DNA from: Nemertoderma westbladi
Taxonomy: Eukaryota; Animalia; Xenacoelomorpha
Length of the DNA: 36,114 bases
Assembly (NCBI GenBank): GCA_032718475.1
Contig: JAUCBJ010003465.1
Coordinates: 1 to 36,114 of the forward strand
Reading direction: 5' to 3'
Both the position numbers and the translations under genes were made by a program. Under the pieces are notes generated by a model, which saw only the letters and a list, made by a program, of their open reading frames with translations, was not told the origin of the DNA and searched no databases. Positions within the stretch are counted from its first letter, which is position 1. Each line of letters begins with the position of its first letter. Below are positions 22,299 to 33,506 of the stretch, piece by piece.

Positions 22299-24363
22299 TA
22301 ATTAATTAGCATTTGTAACACACTACGAGCTAGGTAATTAATTAGCATAGCTTTGTAACACACTACGAGCTAGGTAATTAATTAGCATAGCTTTGTAACA
22401 CACTACGAGCTAGGTAATTAATTAGCATAGCTTTGTAACACACTACGAGCTAGGTAATTAATTAGCATAGCTTTGTAACACACTACTAGCTAGGTAATTA
22501 ATTAGCATAGCTTTGTAACACACTACGAGCTAGGTAATTAATTAGCATAGCTTTGTAACACATTACGAGCTAGGTAATTAATTAGCATAGCTTTGTAACA
22601 CATTACGAGCTAGGTAATTAATTAGCATAGCTTTGTAACACATTACGAGCTAGGTAATTAATTAGCATAGCTTTGTAACACACTACGAGCTAGGTAATTA
22701 ATTAGCATAGCTTTGTAACACACTACGAGCTAGGTAATTAATTAGCATAGCTTTGTAACACATTACGAGCTAGGTAATTAATTAGCATAGCTTTGTAGCA
22801 CACTACGAGCTAGGTAATTAATTAGCATAGCTTTGTAACACACTACGAGCTAGGTAATTAATTAGCATAGCTTTGTAACACACGACGAGCTAGGTAATTA
22901 ATTAGCATAGCTTTGTAACATATTACGAGCTAGGTAATTAATTAGCATAGCTTTGTAGCACACTACGAGCTAGGTAATTAATTAGCATAGCTTTGTAACA
23001 CACTACGAGCTAGGTAATTAATTAGCATAGCTTTGTAACACACGACGAGCTAGGTAATTAATTAGCATAGCTTTGTAACACATTACGAGCTAGGTAATTA
23101 ATTAGCATAGCTTTGTAACATACTACGAGCTAGGTAATTAATTAATTAGCATAGCTTTGTAACACACTACGAGCTAGGTAATTAATTAGCATAGCTTTGT
23201 AACACATTACGAGCTAGGTAATTAATTAGCATAGCTTTGTAACACACTACGAGCTAGGTAATTAATTAGCATAGCTTTGTAACACACTACGAGCTAGGTA
23301 ATTAATTAGCATAGCTTTGTAACCACTACGAGCTAGGTAATTAATTAGCATAGCTTTGTAACACACTACGAGCTAGGTAATTAATTAGCATAGCTTTGTA
23401 ACACACTACGAGCTAGGTAATTAATTAGCATAGCTTTGTAACACACTACGAGCTAGGTAATTAATTAGCATAGCTTTGTAACACACTACGAGCTAGGTAA
23501 TTAATTAGCATAGCTTTGTAACACACTACGAGCTAGGTAATTAATTAGCATAGCTTTGTAACACACTACGAGCTAGGTAATTAATTAGCATAGCTTTGTA
23601 ACACACTACGAGCTAGGTAATTAATTAGCATAGCTTTGTAACACACTACGAGCTAGGTAATTAATTAGCATTTGTAACACACTACGAGCTAGGTAATTAA
23701 TTAGCATAGCTTTGTAATACACTACGAGCTAGGTAATTAATTAGCATAGCTTTGTAATACACTACGAGCTAGGTAATTAATTAGCATAGCTTTGTAACAC
23801 ACTACGAGCTAGGTAATTAATTAGCATAGCTTTGTAACACACTACGAGCTAGGTAATTAATTAGCATAGCTTTGTAACACATTACGAGTTAGGTAATTAA
23901 TTAGCATAGCTTTGTAACACATTACGAGCTAGGTAATTAATTAGCATAGCTTTGTAACACACTACGAGCTAGGTAATTAATTAGCATAGCTTTGTAACAC
24001 ACTACGAGCTAGGTAATTAATTAGCATAGCTTTGTAACACACTACGAGCTAGGTAATTAATTAGCATAGCTTTGTAACACACTACGAGCTAGGTAATTAA
24101 TTAGCATAGCTTTGTAACACACTACGAGCTAGGTAATTAATTAGCATAGCTTTGTAACACACTACGAGCTAGGTAATTAATTAGCATAGCTTTGTAACAC
24201 ACTACGAGCTAGGTAATTAATTAGCATAGCTTTGTAACACACTACGAGCTAGGTAATTAATTAGCATAGCTTTGTAACACACTACGAGCTAGGTAATTAA
24301 TTAGCATAGCTTTGTAACACATTACGAGCTAGGTAATTAATTAGCATAGCTTTGTTACACATT
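22299..24363. repeat. Satellite array, 40-bp unit CTTTGTAACACACTACGAGCTAGGTAATTAATTAGCATAG, about 51 copies
   Basis: Near-identical head-to-tail units with no spacers. Variants are concentrated in the CACTAC/CATTAC/CACGAC positions. Confidence 0.98.
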
Positions 24364-25067
24364 TTCTAATTAATTTTAGTTTATTAGGCCATTGATAGTA
24401 TTCATCAAGCGAAGTTACACAGGCGACGATAACATAAGTGAAATAACTAATAAATGTACATCACGATTAATATTAAAAACAATTCCAATGACTGATATAT
24501 TGTCGGAGTGAATATCTGATATTTATATCAGAATAATAATAATTTGGATTAGACTGCCGTTGCCAAATATATTGCCAACGAGAAGGCGGCAAATTCAATA
24601 ATTAATGTAAAATTGCGCGGATATTGTGTTCCTTTCTACTGTAAAATATTATATACCAGAAAAATATTATGTACAATAACAGAACTTTGAACGCAAATAG
24701 TAGAATCGAGGACGGAGATAAAGATTGGCGAATGTATGATTTAAATGATAGTGCAGTTTAGGCAGGAAACAAGTAAGCTTACGAATTTAGTTAGTTAATT
24801 AATACAAACAAAACTTTGAATACAGGAAGTTACCGGTACCTACAGATAGGTACCTAAGTTACCTACAAACAAATAGTGTTTTTTTTTTCGTATAAAGTTA
24901 TTGGTTTGAAACGGGCATTTACATATTATTGTGTTGCAAAGTTGATGAATAAATACATTCAATGCAACCTTGTACTTGGATATTTAACTGTTTATTTGTA
25001 CTACCATTTAGGCCTACAGGATGTGAAGTTACATAGCATATTGTTGCACTCTAATTTTATGTATAAT

Positions 25068-25155
25068 AATATATGTATATGTAGATAGTATATGTATATG
25101 TAGATAGTATATGTATATGTAAACAGTATATGTATATGTAAACAGTATATGTATA
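25068..25155. repeat. 20-bp tandem repeat (agtatatgtatatgtagat/aac), about 4 copies
   Basis: Direct inspection. Confidence 0.8.
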
Positions 25156-26452
25156 CTATCTGCAAATAAACTGCGTAAATGTATAATATGTTCAAGGACT
25201 ACTGTAGTAGGCAAGTCAATCTAGCCAAAAACGGGGTCGTCAACCCATAACAAATTCGCAATTCATCCAAACCAATTTTTTTATTCTATATTACATTGTT
25301 AATACACCACCAAAAAAGTCTATCAAAAATATATTATCCGGATCACTTTCAATTTCCTGTTTCTTTCCATAGCAACATGGATTTTACATAGCAACAAGGG
25401 ATTTTTTCCCACCGCATTGGTGGGATTTTCTCCAAATTTGGTACAGTCAAACTTCACTTTATCACTTTAAACAATACCAATTTTGCTGACGGTACAATAT
25501 AAGGACCTTATTTAAACAACTTCTCTACTAAACGGGTGGATGTAACCTCGCCCATTGGATTTATCGACCTCAAAAACACTTATCTCCAAAATATTTATTT
25601 GTTATATTATAAACTATTGTGGTTTTTAATGTAAAACAAATAAATAAATTACAGTAATCTCCGCTAACATCATTTTATGTATTATTATGCAGAGCCTAGG
25701 CCTACATTATTGAATATTTCAATTAATTATGAAATTTCCTTGCAGTGGAATTGTAAAATTTTTTTACAATACCTTAATATATCGTGAAATTTTCGAAATA
25801 TTTAAAAATTGGATGCGATGCCAGTGTAAATACAGTGTGTCCCACAAAATTTGACACGGTTTCGTTTTCAAATACCTCCGCTACACCATAATAAAATTTA
25901 GAGTTATTGGTATCATTAGAAAGCTCGAGTGCTAACTTAAAGAAAGAAACTTGTTGCGAACAATTATGTTGCTATGGTAACCCCCTGCAGCAGTTTATAA
26001 AGAAACAAGGGTTTTTTTCGAAAGGGAAATTAATAATTTATTTTAAGCTTAAAAATTTTTTTTTCGTTTTCGTTTTCAAGTGAAGTTTTCAAAACGTTTT
26101 CAAGTGTAGTTTGTTAAGGAATTACACTAACTTAAGATTGCCATGGGTCTTGGAATGATTTCGTTGCGATGGAAACCTCTTGCGATTAGTGACTCTAAAC
26201 ATTTTCATTTTCAAGTTTTTTTTTATTTCATATGGTATATTTTACATATATGTATGGTATATATAGTATATGGTATACTTTATAGTACATTTGCAATAAT
26301 TGCCTTTGAAGGATGTTTTAGAAAATTTCTATATCGTTTTGAGATTTTGGTATCATTAGAAAGACAATTTTAATTTGTAAACCAGTCATACTGTATTTGA
26401 TTTGGATGTAAATCTCGATGTGACCCCCGCCGACATTCTGAACCTTAGCCAG

Positions 26453-28180
26453 TGTTCGCGCTTTTAGACCTTTAGCAGTTTAACCTGCCAATTTTAGTTG
26501 TCCTCTTGTTTATAAATCGACTTTAGCCCTTACCAATTACCTAGTGTACTGAAGTTACATCAGCCGAAGCCAGTCCGTGCGCGGCGTATGACCCACGGTG
26601 TGGGAGACTGGATTCGGATTCCTTGGGAGTTATTGCAGTGTAGACCTACTGTATTATTCGATTGATCGCTACTATATAATCTCTGACAACTATATTTACT
26701 TTCGGGGAAATATTAACAGTTCCTTTAGGACATGGCGCTTTAAGTATAAAAACAGAGTTATGACTTATACTAATCACAACTAGATGGCCACAGAGTTTCG
26801 TAAATAGCGCATTCTTTAGGAGATGCTTTATTAACCTTCACACTACTTCACACGACTTCACACTACTTCACACTACTTTACACTAGTTCGCACTAATCTG
26901 CCGACCGTCACTGAATTTGATCATATATAAGGAGGATTGCAACTGACACACGTAGGGATTATGAAATAGCATTTAATTCACACAAAACCACTATAATTTA
27001 AGTCGCAGTTGCTACCGGGAAACTCTATTCCTCTTACCTCAGTAATCAAGAAGATTGAGGGGTTTATGATTATTTATCGGTATTCTCCAAATATAACATC
27101 AATATCCATTAATATAACAACAATTAATACTATAAACAGAAGTAAAATAATGCGGTGAACAGTCAGTATGTGTTACTTATGCAGTTATGAAATGTGACGG
27201 GATCCGAGAATCCCGATTTATCCGGTTATCTTATCTACGCGTCCCCGCCGTGTGTGTGTGAAAAGAGTTCTGGGGTTGTTGACTGATCGGTATGTATAAA
27301 TAAATATAGGGTATAATATAATTGAATAAAGTATAACACAGTTGATTGATGACTAACGGTACCGGTACAGACAGTAAGTGAAAGATGGTGGCGGCAGTAG
27401 ACGGTGATAAGAGTTCCCGTTCTGCCCTAACTAAACTGACTAACTAAGTGAATAAATGAGGAACAGTTACTGGTAATATATTGCACTGGTTTGGCCGTAT
27501 TACATTACTCAGCGGATGCCTGCCCCCCCATTGGCTAATAACCCAATTCTCGCCCTCCCATCTCTCTGGGAGTGCTTCCCCCCGCTGCTGTCACTCTCTC
27601 CCTCCCGGAGGTATAACCTCTGACCCCCGCTGTGTGTGTGTTCCTTTGGGGTTTGTCGCCCCGTTTATTGGGGTGATACGAGGTTGATTGGCAATCAACC
27701 TCGTACTCCCAATATTGCTTAAAGCTCCTGCTTGGCCAACTTTGTGTGGGGTGGTTAGCGGAATCGAATACGCTAACATGAAATGTTCGGTAGTTAAAGA
27801 CCGTAAAGTAAATGTTCAATGTTAATAGATTTACGTTCTTATAACCAAGGCCATCTGATGTTCCTAGGCCAAAGTCTGAAACTTCCGCACAGAAGCACAG
27901 AAATTCTGAGTTGGTTCCGATGCTCAGAAAATAGTAAACAAAGACCGTAATGCATTGCGCGAGTTTCTATAGGTTTCTATTAGCCGTAAAGTGAAAATTG
28001 CTCTGATTGGCTGAATAAGACAGAACAAAGAACTTCCACGTCCACAAAGAATCTGCTGACAGATTTCGTCATCTTGGTTCTAATTCCTTCCCGTCGCGTA
28101 GTTGGATAAATTTAGGGCTATTTTAGAGTATTCTGCGCATTGCGTAAAAATGACTTGTTATGTCCGCAAAAGCTTTTACA
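26453..28180 (-). mobile_element. Solo LTR, family A, with 5-bp TSD GCCAG
   Basis: gccag|TGTTCGCG...GCTTTTACA|gccag (TSDs at 26448-26452 and 28181-28185). Its removal restores the transposase frame. Homologous to 3432-4572; contains a (ttcacactac)n repeat at ~26836-26895. Confidence 0.9.
27193..27778. mobile_element. Solo LTR, family B (586 bp), with 5-bp TSD TGAAA
   Basis: tgaaa|TGTGACG...CGCTAACA|tgaaa (TSDs at 27188-27192 and 27779-27783). This segment is absent from the homologous LTR at 3432-4572. Confidence 0.85.
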
Positions 28181-30794
28181 GCCAGTCTGTGGATTAGCTC
28201 AGAGTAGCAGCTCTGGAGGAGAGCAGTAGGTATAGATTGAAACGCAAAACTAATTGAATTTCGCATTTCGGTGAGGTTGGCAAGATGCTGGCTGTACACA
28301 ATGTTCTTTAGATGACCCCACACCCACAATTAAAAGTCACAGGGGGTGAGGTCTGATGATCTAGGGGCCATGTTTTCGGACCATCTCGACCAATCCATCT
28401 ACCAGTAAACATCATCCAAGTATGCGGCATGCCCGCACAATAAATTAGTCCCCAATGTGTTGGAGCACCGTCTTGCTGGAAGACAACATATCGCCAATGA
28501 TAGGCACAAACAACGTCTGTAACGTCTGCAAAGAATTATTACTTCTGCCGGTCCCTTCAAAGAAGTAGGGTCCTATAATGCGACTTTCGGGCATTGCAGC
28601 CCACAGAGTTACCTTAGGAGTCTCTCCAAAATGCTCCACTATGTAATGAGGTTTTCTTTACCCCAAACGCGGTAGTTCTATCGATTAACGTGGTCATTCA
28701 GGTGACTTTATCACTGAAGAAGACTCGTCGTGGTCGTGGTCATTGTTCTGCAAAGTCTGAGAGATTTCTGCAGCAGCGACAAGTCTTGTTGGGTAATCAG
28801 AAGGTTTTAGACCATGGATAATTTGAATTTTATATTGGTTAAATTTCCGTTTACTTTTTACGAAAACGGGTCAAACTTTATGGGACACAAATTTGGTGAA
28901 ACCTATTTGTTATGATACCATTGATACTTTCTAATGATACCAAAATCTCAAAACAATCTAGAAATTTTCCAAAACATTCTTCATATGCAATAATTGCAAA
29001 TGTCTCATTCATACCATATGAAATTAAAAAATTTTGAAAATGAAAATGTTTGGAGGCACTACAAGCAGGTGGTCTCCATTACAACGAAATTAAAATAAAT
29101 TAAATTATTCTGGGACATTACTAATTTGCAACGTACTCCTACTGTTCCTCTTGTTTGGCTTGTGTTATGCAAATTCACGCAGAATTTCCATGAATAAACA
29201 TATTATCCGCAAAATAAAATTTTATAGACTTTTTTTTGGTCATTTATAAGGTAATATAGAATCCAAAATATGTGGTTCGGATTGATTGCGAAATACTTAT
29301 GGTTTTTTTGCTAGATTGACTCGACTATAGGTAGTTATAACTATTTGTTACATTATGTCAACGTAACGCTGCAAAGTAGTACCTTGCAACGTTACGAGTA
29401 ATTCACCAGAACGCTGTTAAGTTGACGTAATGTAACAAAATAAATTATTGCATGCATACGAGATAATTGTTGGATCTAACATTCCAGAATATCAATTACC
29501 GGTACATCAATTAATTACAAGCTTGAGTATTGTTTGCATTGAAGTTACCGATTACATAATAACAAGCTATATCCGGTTAATCCGTATTAATTTTCTTTGT
29601 ATTATGTTTTATAACGAACCTGTCTTTAGACTGGGTAGTTTTTGTCTAAAGCTGAGGCCGGCAAAAACACGATGGATATATATATTTACCTATATCACTC
29701 ACTATATATGTCACTATATCACTCACTATGTATGTTCACCAAATGGCTTGAAACCACTTGCATGCATTGTAAAATTGTAAACGCAAGTATTTATCAATTG
29801 TTGTCTAGTTGTTGAATAAAAAAGTTGGGAACGATTCGAAGTGCGATATTCGAAATATTTGCATATTTTCAACATTATTGAACGCGAAATTAAATACCCA
29901 CAACTCCCTTGCTTGAAATGTTTTTCAGGTGATTGATATTTAGCAATTATTATGAGGTTACTTACTACTGAAATCTGACAGAATGCCAAACGTATTATTA
30001 TAGTTCTATCTCTATTCAGCCAGTTAGTGTAATGTCAAGCAGTACATCATTTATATATCGTATGTATCTATAGGGCCTAATTGTCATCGTTATAATACTG
30101 TCATCAACTTAGGCTAAGCTCAATTGTAATGCAAAGGCTTAGTAGGTTTTGTATATCTGGGACGTTTACAACAGCTGTCGATTAAACTAACAAAACCATA
30201 AAACTGAACCAGGGTGGCTGCCAGCCGGGTACCAACGGCTGTTGGGTAGACTTAAGGGAACATTTCACAAACTTTCATAGGATGCTTGTACACGTTGTGG
30301 GGTCTTCGAGCAGCACGTGTTCAAATGTTCAATGACTGAGCAGCGACTAATTAACAAATTTATGAGAGATTCATTGACCAGCTACCGACAGACCAATATT
30401 GTGACATATATTTTAGTTTAATGTTTGATTCAATTAGAGGCACAAATTAAAAAGGCTACAAATATATAGGGGTGAATAATTAAATTAGTCACCCATTTAG
30501 GCCTAAAAGGTAGCCAAATATAAGTTGCAATCTATATAAATTTTTAAATTCAGTAGTGTGGGTGTGTTGTGTATTGATTCCGTAGATTTCATGTTGAAAT
30601 AGCGTTCATTAATTTATTTTATTTAATGATTCATGCATACTAATACACACATTAAATTAGTTCGCGTGTGTTAAGTGTGTAAGATTTGATTGTTTCGTCA
30701 CGAAACCATTAGGGCACAGAAACTGACGGATTCTTCGCGAATTTCGCAAACGTCGCAAACTTCGGGAATTTGTTCTACAATTTTGACTCCTTAA

Positions 30795-31169
30795 GCAAAA
30801 GGGTCCCGAATGAGTTTTTTAACCTTTATTTTTTGTGATTTTGAGTGCTTTTTTTATACTAGTGAATATTCTAGAACCTTAGTAGATTTTTAATGGTATA
30901 TAGCTAGTATTTTTTACTAGCTAGTAATTTTTGGAAATTATTTTGGTCATTAATATATTCTTCAACAGTTTAACCTGAAATATCATGGACTTTCACATTT
31001 TTTATAATTTCAAAAAATACTAGCTAGCAAAAAATCACTAGCTATCATAAAAAACATATCTACTAATGTTGTAGAACTTTCACCAATACCAAAAAAATTA
31101 AAAAACTCTAAAAAAGGATTGGTGAAAAATGGCTGGGGTGTCGACAGGGCGAAGTAGGGACCGTGTTGC
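30795..31169. mobile_element. MITE with TTAA TSD (Kolobok-like)
   Basis: TTAA|GCAAAAGGGTCCC ... GGGACCGTGTTGC|TTAA (11/13 TIR match), with a long imperfect internal inverted repeat of tagctag blocks. Confidence 0.7.
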
Positions 31170-31173
31170 TTAA

Positions 31174-31241
31174 CCCCTTAGAGCCTATGACGTCCACTGC
31201 ACGTCACAATGGACAGCACGAAGACGTGCAGTGGACGTCAT
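31174..31241. mobile_element. piggyBac-like terminus with a 19-bp-arm palindrome; partner end not found
   Basis: TTAA|CCCCTTAG followed by atgacgtccactgcacgtc-N17-gacgtgcagtggacgtcat (31187-31241). Confidence 0.45.
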
Positions 31242-31417
31242 GCTGGAATACATGTTTTATTGGAAGGCTCTTGGAGTAGGTATACTGGTGGATAGTATTA
31301 ATGACATTTATTGCTCTTCGTGGCAAAAAATCCATTCTGTACTGTAGATAGGCTGTATTGTAGACTGTATTATTAGTGTTAGGTATATGGCGTAATGCCA
31401 ACCACAGTACAGTAGTT

Positions 31418-31958
31418 CAGACTGACAGAGAGACCGACAGACAGACAGACTAGATTTATGTAAACGTGTAAACTGACATCAGAAATGAAATCAGCAACCC
31501 TTAAACCCCCATAGCGAGAATGTTGGTTAGTTAGTATACTTTCTTAAGTTTTCACAGACTGACTGACAGAAAGACCGACAGCCAGACAGACTAGATTTTT
31601 TTTAAACGTGAAAACTGACATCTGAAATAAACTTAGCACCCATTAAAACCCCCATAACGAGAATGTTAGTTAGTTTGTATTCTTTTTTAAGTTTTGACAG
31701 ACTGACTGACTGACAGAAAGACCGACAAACAGACAGTCTAGATTTATGTAAACCTGAAAACTGACATCAGAAATGAAATCAGCACCCCTTAAAACCCCCA
31801 TAGCGAGAATGTTAGTTAATTTGAATTCTCTTTTATGTTTTGACAGACTGACTGACAGAATGACCGACAGACAGACAGACTAGATTTATGTAAACGTGAA
31901 AACTGACATCAGAAATGTAATCAGCACTCCTTAAAACCCCCATAGTGAGAATGTTAGC
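31418..31958. repeat. Tandem repeat, ~140-bp unit, 4 copies, containing a (GACA)n microsatellite
   Basis: Unit gactgacagaaagaccgacagacagacagactagattt..aaactgacatcagaaatgaaatcagca..aaacccccatagcgagaatgtt. A single related unit occurs at ~6645-6750. Confidence 0.9.
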
Positions 31959-33506
31959 GACAAGTTTTAATTATTAACCATATTTCGTAAGATATATTTT
32001 AAAACATTTATTTATTAATAATGCAATAACTGAATAACCAGATAACGGAACGACAAACCGAATTGAAACTTTTAATTACTAATAATAATTGTGGTGAGAG
32101 GTGATGGAAATCAAGGATATATGTTGTTATGTTATGGAGCACGCGTTGGTAGGCACAGGCAATGAATTGATGTCTGTTGAGATGTATTGAAGGAGCACTA
32201 TTCCTTCATTAGTAATAATATTAATGTCATTGAATAACTGATACCTAAACACACACCCCCCCCCCCCCCCCCCCCCGTCAGCCAGTTCTATGGAGAGTGA
32301 GTGAATGGATAGGGAATTAATGCTATCCTACCATCCCCAACCAGCAGCAGTCTGCCTCTAACAGGCCAGGACATTCTCAGCGTTGCTAAGACACGGGAAG
32401 GAATTACTCCGTATTGACTGTCATTAGGCGGTTAGAGCCTGCGTGTGAATTAATTGATAAAAATGCAATTTTAATTGTAAATCAATAAATAACTATAAAA
32501 CTTGACATTAATCTCGAGTATAAAGTAAAGACTTTGATAGAATGGGACACGGCGAATCTACCCATGTTAATTTTATACCAGATGGGATAAATGTTACCCC
32601 CCTAAATAATTAATTACCGATAGAAGAATCGAAATAATTCGATTCAACCGTACAATTTAGCTGAAGATATTAACTTCGATTATGGCTTCCGACATTTATG
32701 GCTACCGACACACACACACACACGTCACACACAGACTTTTGAGAAACGGCCATAGTATAATTATATCAGTTCGCTGATGGCTCGCCATACGTGTCTCGCC
32801 CCACATGTACATTATATTGGTTGCTCCGATGTTTTTATTAGGCTAACTGAGAATGTATCAGGTTATAAATACTGTAATTAGAGTGTTTCTTTATTTTATT
32901 TATCTAATACAGAAAAGACCCCTCCGCAGAATAAACTGCTCTTTTGGGCCGTTTCTCAGGTTGCGGATATGGATAACATTTCACACATCATCGTAGTAAT
33001 TGTGATTATGATTTGTTTGCCTAGGCGAATGTGTATTACATTAGATGGGAGGCAGTTTTTTGGTTGATGCAAGTCTTTCTATGGTTTGCATCTGCCAATC
33101 CCATCTGTGTCTTGGAGTCTGTGTAAGACAGGTTCGTTTAAAGCCATGGCGTATAAAGCCAATGGCGTTCTAGTAACCATTATATATCGTCTGTTAGAAA
33201 TAAAAGGAGTAGGGACTAACCCCACTCGAAAATAACAACGTTAAACAGACTAAGTTGAAATAAGTATTTACGTCATATGTGCAAACTAATATAGACTGAA
33301 TATAATTTTGTTAATATAATTGTGTTGAGTTAATAGAAACATCCCTTTGGCACTGGAAAATGACTGATAAAACAAAAAAATAAAACAGCTCCAAAAATTT
33401 CTGCTCAATTATGAGTTATATTATTATTATCTTAAAAATAAATGTATGCATTGCATTGGAAATAATTATTATTTCAGTTAATAATAGTAACGACTTTTAG
33501 TACATA

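Larger units (their letters stand above)
25833..29090 (-). mobile_element. Tc1/mariner superfamily element (rosa/DD41D-like) with long TIRs and a decayed transposase
   Basis: Left end TA|CAGTGTGTCCCACAAAATTTGAC, with an inverted copy of this motif at 28861-28889. 26160-26365 is inverted at 28925-29090, where the right TIR is truncated. Transposase fragments FSD, PKVTLWAAM..SRIIGPYFFEG, QQDGAP, RWIGRDG, RSSDLTPCDF and WGHLKNIVY; the C-terminus HRL|AKVQNVGGGHIE is rejoined across the LTR insert. Confidence 0.8.
25210..29325 (-). mobile_element. TIR element family X, copy 2 (inverted), host of nested insertions
   Basis: TA|GGCAAGTCAATCTAGCC ... GCTAGATTGACTCGAC|TA. 29125-29325 is the reverse complement of ~17831-18050, and 25420-25650 matches ~18790-19130. 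Confidence 0.75.

Noticed and set aside
22299-24363. CRISPR array
   Set aside because: Units are contiguous with no unique spacers, there are no cas genes, and the context is eukaryotic.
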